Assembly (NCBI RefSeq): GCF_009914755.1
Contig: NC_060940.1
DNA length: 64,000 nucleotides
Source of the DNA: the human T2T-CHM13v2.0 reference genome, Homo sapiens
Strand: one strand, 5' to 3'
The notes under the pieces were generated by a model that was not told the origin of the DNA, searched no databases, and was given only the letters and a program-made list of their open reading frames with translations. The position numbers were made by a program, and so were the translations under genes. This document shows, piece by piece, positions 59,305-64,000 of the stretch (within the stretch, counting starts at the first letter, position 1; each line of letters opens with the position of its first letter).

Positions 59305-59725
59305 TAGTTGACCCCCAAACAATACAGATAAGGGGTACCGACACTCCCCCAACACAATTGAAAATTCATGTATAACTTTTCGACTCCCTCAAAATTAACT
59401 ACAAATAGCTTACTGTTGATTAGAGGCCTCACCAATAACAGAAACAGTCAATTAATATAATTTTGTATGTTGAATGTATTATATACTGTATTCATAATAA
59501 AGTAAGCTAGAGAAAAGAAAATGTCATTAAGAAATTCATAAGGAAGAGAAAATGTGTTTACTATTCATTAAGTGGAAGTGGATCTTCATGAAGGCCTTCA
59601 TCCTTACCTTCACTTTGAATAAGCTGAGGAGGAGGGGGATTGGTCTTGCTATTTCAGAGGTGGAAAAAAATCTGCATATAAGCAGACCAGTGCAGTTCAA
59701 ACCCACGTTGTTCAAGGGTCAACTG
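59305..59725. mobile_element. Tigger2a-like non-autonomous DNA transposon
   Basis: Terminal inverted repeats tagttgacccccaaacaa ... ttgttcaagggtcaactg; ~420 bp. Confidence 0.8.
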
Positions 59726-62579
59726 CTTATGATTTATAATTCTTTAGGTAACCATCAGAACAAACAGCTAAAAACAATAAAAAATAGTTGCCTCTAGGAA
59801 GTTAGGGAGGCTTAGAAGCAAGGAACTGCTGCTGTACACATAAATCTTTTAGTACTACTTGATTTTCTGTTTTAAACCATGCGTATATATTATTTTGGTA
59901 CACTTCCCACCTTCTACTTTTAATAAAAAAATTTTCAAGTGGATGCATAACATGCTATGATGTGTCGCTGATAGTTTTGGCCCTAATTTTAAGTTTTGCT
60001 TGTTTCTTATCTGACATTTGAGATAAGGAATGTCAGCAGTTATGAAATATTGAGTAATTCATCCACAAAACAAACATTTTCTATTACCTCCCTGTTACTT
60101 TTCTGGATTAGTTTAATTGAATATTATTATGCAAGAATAGCTGCTTGAAAATGTTAAATCTATAACTAATTGTATGACTTCAAATGTTCTCCATACTATA
60201 CAACCAAAATAAAACGTAAAATTAAACTGGAGGTTGAGACAGATAACTGCAGAAAGACCAGTGAACAACCTTAATTTTTTGTCATTTTTTAAATGACAAT
60301 CACAAAACTCCCGACATTTTAATCAACTTAAGTCAGTATTATATATTTGAACTTACAGAAATTTCATACTAGAAAATACTCAATCTGAGGTATTATTTAC
60401 CAACAAATCCATTGATTTCTCATAGCATATACAACAATCTTTTCACAGAAAGTGATATTCAGGGGAATATGTTCAGACATTGTTTGGGTTACAAAATTAA
60501 GTAAGAGTCAGATCCTCTGAAAGCATCACAGAGGGCCAGAGGAGAGCTCCTGGGTCTCCTGTGCTGGAAGTGTGGAAGTACTGGCAAGACTGGCAGAGAA
60601 AGGCTGACCACAGACAGAGTTGTCTGACAGTATTCCTCATATAACTAAAACTAGTATTACAAGATGAACTGCATAGTTTTGGGAAAGAGCTGTGCAAAAT
60701 GCTTATGACTGCTTCACATGCACAAACCCATTTTTTTTGGTGTCCCCAAAACAATTATCCCCTAAGATTCAGATTTCAATAACAACTTACTCTTCTGAAG
60801 TACTGAGTAGCAACAACGGATTATTATATTCGAGTTCAGAAGTGAACAATAAAGTATACAGCATTATTAAGTTTGAGATGTTTGGCCACTACTTACACTC
60901 ATAAGAAAGATAATGCAGTCCAAATATCCATCATTTGAATTGGCTGTACTTGGTATCTGGACATTTTTAATGTTAGTTAAAAATATCTCCCCCATCCTAC
61001 AATGTTCTTATTCTGTTTTACTTTACTCAGGCTTTTAAGAAAAAAGGGGGAGGGGCATGATATACATGATATATAAGTTAACTTTCTTTTATGTGGTACA
61101 TGGAATTTGTATTATTCTACCTTTTATAAACTCAGTTTTTCTCAACTCTATCATAACATTTCACAAATCCAGAGAGGAGTTCCCGGCAACTTCTACCATT
61201 CAAAACACAGCTAAAACCAGAAATGACCAAAGCAGGGGCTCAAGAGTATGCAGGTTTGACCTGGGGAAATGTTTCTTCACACCACTACTCAGCATCTTGT
61301 ACTTTTTAGTATTGGCATACACTAAAGGGGCTCGGCCAGCTTCACCCAGGCTGCATATTCTCAGAAGCAGCTGACTCTTAAGTGTAGAAGGGGCAGCACT
61401 GAGTGCTACCTGAAGAGCACACGAGAGCAAATGGCAATGGACAAACAGAGCGAAAAACAAATTCAAGGCAGACACAACGGTTAAAAACCACAGCAGCCCA
61501 AGACCAGCTACCATGGGGGTAGGTATGACATACTTGCCAGCTGCAAGGAGCATCACTCCACCATGGCACAACATAAGATGTTCAAGTCAACCACAAGTCA
61601 CTGGGAAAAGAGAAACTACACATGCAAGGAAACTCAAAATATTAAGGAGGGATTTCTAAAATGGTTCAGACCAGTAGTTCTCAATGCTGGATGCACACTT
61701 TAGTATGCTATTTTTTTTTTTTAGGAGACTCTTTCATAAGAGGTGTTCTGTATTATCTCTAAGAGAAAAGGAGAATATGACTTTCAGACATTAACGTGAG
61801 TCCTACAGCATAAACATGAATTAGAAGTACCACAAAAGCCTCAGAAAAAAAACAAATTTTTAATCATTAATCTGTAAGTCTATAACAGGTCTATTTTAGG
61901 TCTCTAGCCATCTATATTAGTAAGATTGCTATCAAATTAATAATGCCTTTATTAGCCATTTTCCCCCAATATAATTTCAACATTTGCTGTCTGTTCCATC
62001 TTTTTCTTTAACCTCATCTCTAAAATGTCTATGAAGTTCATTCCTGGAAGGGTGCTTATCTGCCCCATAGGAAAGGACTTCCCTGCATGGTCATACTGAG
62101 TGTACTCCTAGAGACAGGACCAGCTGCCATACTGTGTCTACTCTAGACGCTATCCCTACTACATCTGTAAATCTCCACAATTTGACAGCTTCAAAAACTT
62201 CCAGCTCTCCTGATTTTTTCTTCACTCTTATCCAAAGAACCTCTTCAAGTTCCCAAATCTCATGTCTGTTGTCATTCTTCTCATTCTTAATAAAAAGTAT
62301 ATTTGATCAGAGCCCAGAAGTCAGTATGTGTGAATCCCTTTGACTTCTCCTCCATTTCATCTAAAAATTCTACCTTTCATGACTTCCTTCTCCTTCCTAC
62401 TTTTTCAAAGTCATGTCTTTGCATTCTGCCTTATCTCAGGCTTCATCACTTCTCTGTTTACCCACTGCTGCCCCTCTGCCTACAAACACGCTTGGATTTC
62501 CCACATCCTACAGAAAGCTTCCTTCAAATCCACTGCTGATGCGTGGAACTACCCCATTTCTGTCCTTTCATCTTCACAC

Positions 62580-62735
62580 TTTTATTTTAGAGACAGGGTT
62601 TTGCTCTGCTGACCAGGTTAGAGTGCAGAGGTGTGATCACAGCTCACTGCAGCCTCAAACTCCTGGCCTCAAGCAATCCTCCTGCCTCAGCCTCTCAAAG
62701 TGCTATGATTAAAGGTGTAAGCCACTAGGCCTGGC
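62580..62735 (-). mobile_element. Alu monomer (FRAM/FAM-like)
   Basis: Reverse monomer flanked by cttcacacttttt. Confidence 0.8.
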
Positions 62736-63159
62736 TTCACACTTTTTGAAAAAGGTAGCCCAAGCCCCATTTCACTGGCAATCCCTTGCCTTCCTCATCT
62801 GCCCCCATTCAAACCAAAACCACTTTGTTGAATGCCAACAATGATGACTAATGCCAAGCCCAAAGTCTCCTCCTTTGTATTCATTCTGCTTGGACTGTAT
62901 GTAACATGACCAACTTCCCCATGACAAGTTCTTTCCTCTCCACTCTTCTGAGATACTTCCTACCTTTGACTAGTGCCCCCAGTTTTTGTTTTTTTTGTGT
63001 TTTTTGCTTTCTTTCTCTATTGCTCCTTAAATTTCCCAAAATTCTTTCCTGGTCCTCTCCCTCAACTATACTTTCATAGACTCTTCAAGCTGCAATCCTA
63101 AATTTTACTGTTCTGGTGATAACTCCAAATCTCCACCTTTAACCTCTAACATTTCTTAA

Positions 63160-64000
63160 CAGGCATAATTCACTTTATTTTTCTTGTATAAAACCCCTAT
63201 GTTGCAGCCACAGCTGCAGCCTGGGTCCTTTGCATGGAGACTCTGGTGTGGGTCTTGACGAGGTGGTCAGTGAATTCCTCATAGGGAGACTTGGTGAACA
63301 CAGTCTTCTTCCAGAGGTCGGGGGTCAGGCAGCTGTAGGTCTTGGAGATGGCATCAAAGGTGGTCTTGGCAAAGTTGCCCAGGGTGGCAGTGCAGCTCCT
63401 GGCTGAGGTGTAGCAATCATCAATACCAGCCACCAGCAGCAGCTTCTTGGGTACCGGGGCCGAGATGACACCAGTGCCCCTGGGCGCAGGGATGAGGCGC
63501 ACAAGCACAGAGCTGCAGTGGCCTGTCACCTTGCAAGGGATGGTGTGGGGCTTGCTGATCTTGTTCCCCCAGTAACCTCTGTGCACGGGAACAATGAAAA
63601 GCTTGGCCAGAATGATGGCCCCTCGGACGGCATCTCCTTGGAACACTTAACACCCACACTAGACGTGACCGTTCTAGTCCCTGAAGGCAACAAATGCCTT
63701 GAACCTGATGTGCTGGCTGATGCACGTGTGCTTCTGCATTGGCATAATCTTCAAAACCTCATCCTTGAGAGAGCCCCCAGTTAAAAGTCAATGATCTTAG
63801 ACTCCTTGATGGGCAGGGAGAAGAGATGGATTTCCTCCAGGGACTTGATCTTCATGTTCTTGACCAGGTGGCCCAGCTTGGTAATGGGCATATATTTCTT
63901 GTCCTTGGCTGAGGCCCTAGCCCCAGATGCCAATGCGGAAGCCTCTGCAGTTCCTCATCCCAGGACCCCCAGGGGCTCTGGGTCGCACTCCTGCACCCCT
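63160..64000 (-). pseudogene. RPS2 (40S ribosomal protein S2/uS5) processed pseudogene in N4BP1 intron 1; 5' end at or beyond the window edge
   Basis: ORF 63197..63646 matches the RPS2 C-terminus (RGAIILAKL...RGYWGNKI...LIPAPRGTG...[12 protein letters not shown]). No introns; RPS2-like 3'UTR with AATAAA at 63174-63179. Upstream part has frameshifts, GAC-TAG in place of GAC-TAC and loss of the RG-rich segment. Confidence 0.93.

Noticed and set aside
63197-63646. Functional RPS2 paralogue
   Set aside because: Upstream frameshifts, a premature stop and deletions; the ORF start arises from a shifted frame.

Overview
Primate (very likely human) genomic DNA containing the 3' part of N4BP1 (NEDD4-binding protein 1, an NYN/Regnase-type RNase) on the minus strand. 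Coding exons 2-7 were rebuilt from GT-AG boundaries (48117-46427, 39346-39216, 37159-37063, 33791-33684, 31931-31824, 28938-28581) and give an uninterrupted 830-codon frame plus stop; exon 1 lies beyond the window. A ~4.2 kb 3'UTR runs to a poly(A) signal at 24419-24424. Intron 1 holds an RPS2 processed pseudogene at the right edge. The rest is repeat-dense: about 37 Alu/FLAM copies, decayed L1s, L2/MIR, MER57-, MER74- and MLT1-type LTRs, Tigger2a and MER5/MER58. The most interesting signal is one L2 relic that supplies both the distal poly(A) signal and a 19-nt perfect complement to miR-151a-5p, with proximal poly(A) signals and a consensus CTCF site further upstream in the UTR, which suggests a switch between slicing-sensitive and slicing-resistant isoforms. 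Also seen: several template-switch scars, a 37-bp micro-retrocopy with a 15-bp TSD, a near-perfect MIR hairpin and a possible coding circRNA. Repeat boundaries and subfamily names are by eye and approximate; miRNA sequences and N4BP1 residue numbering are from memory.
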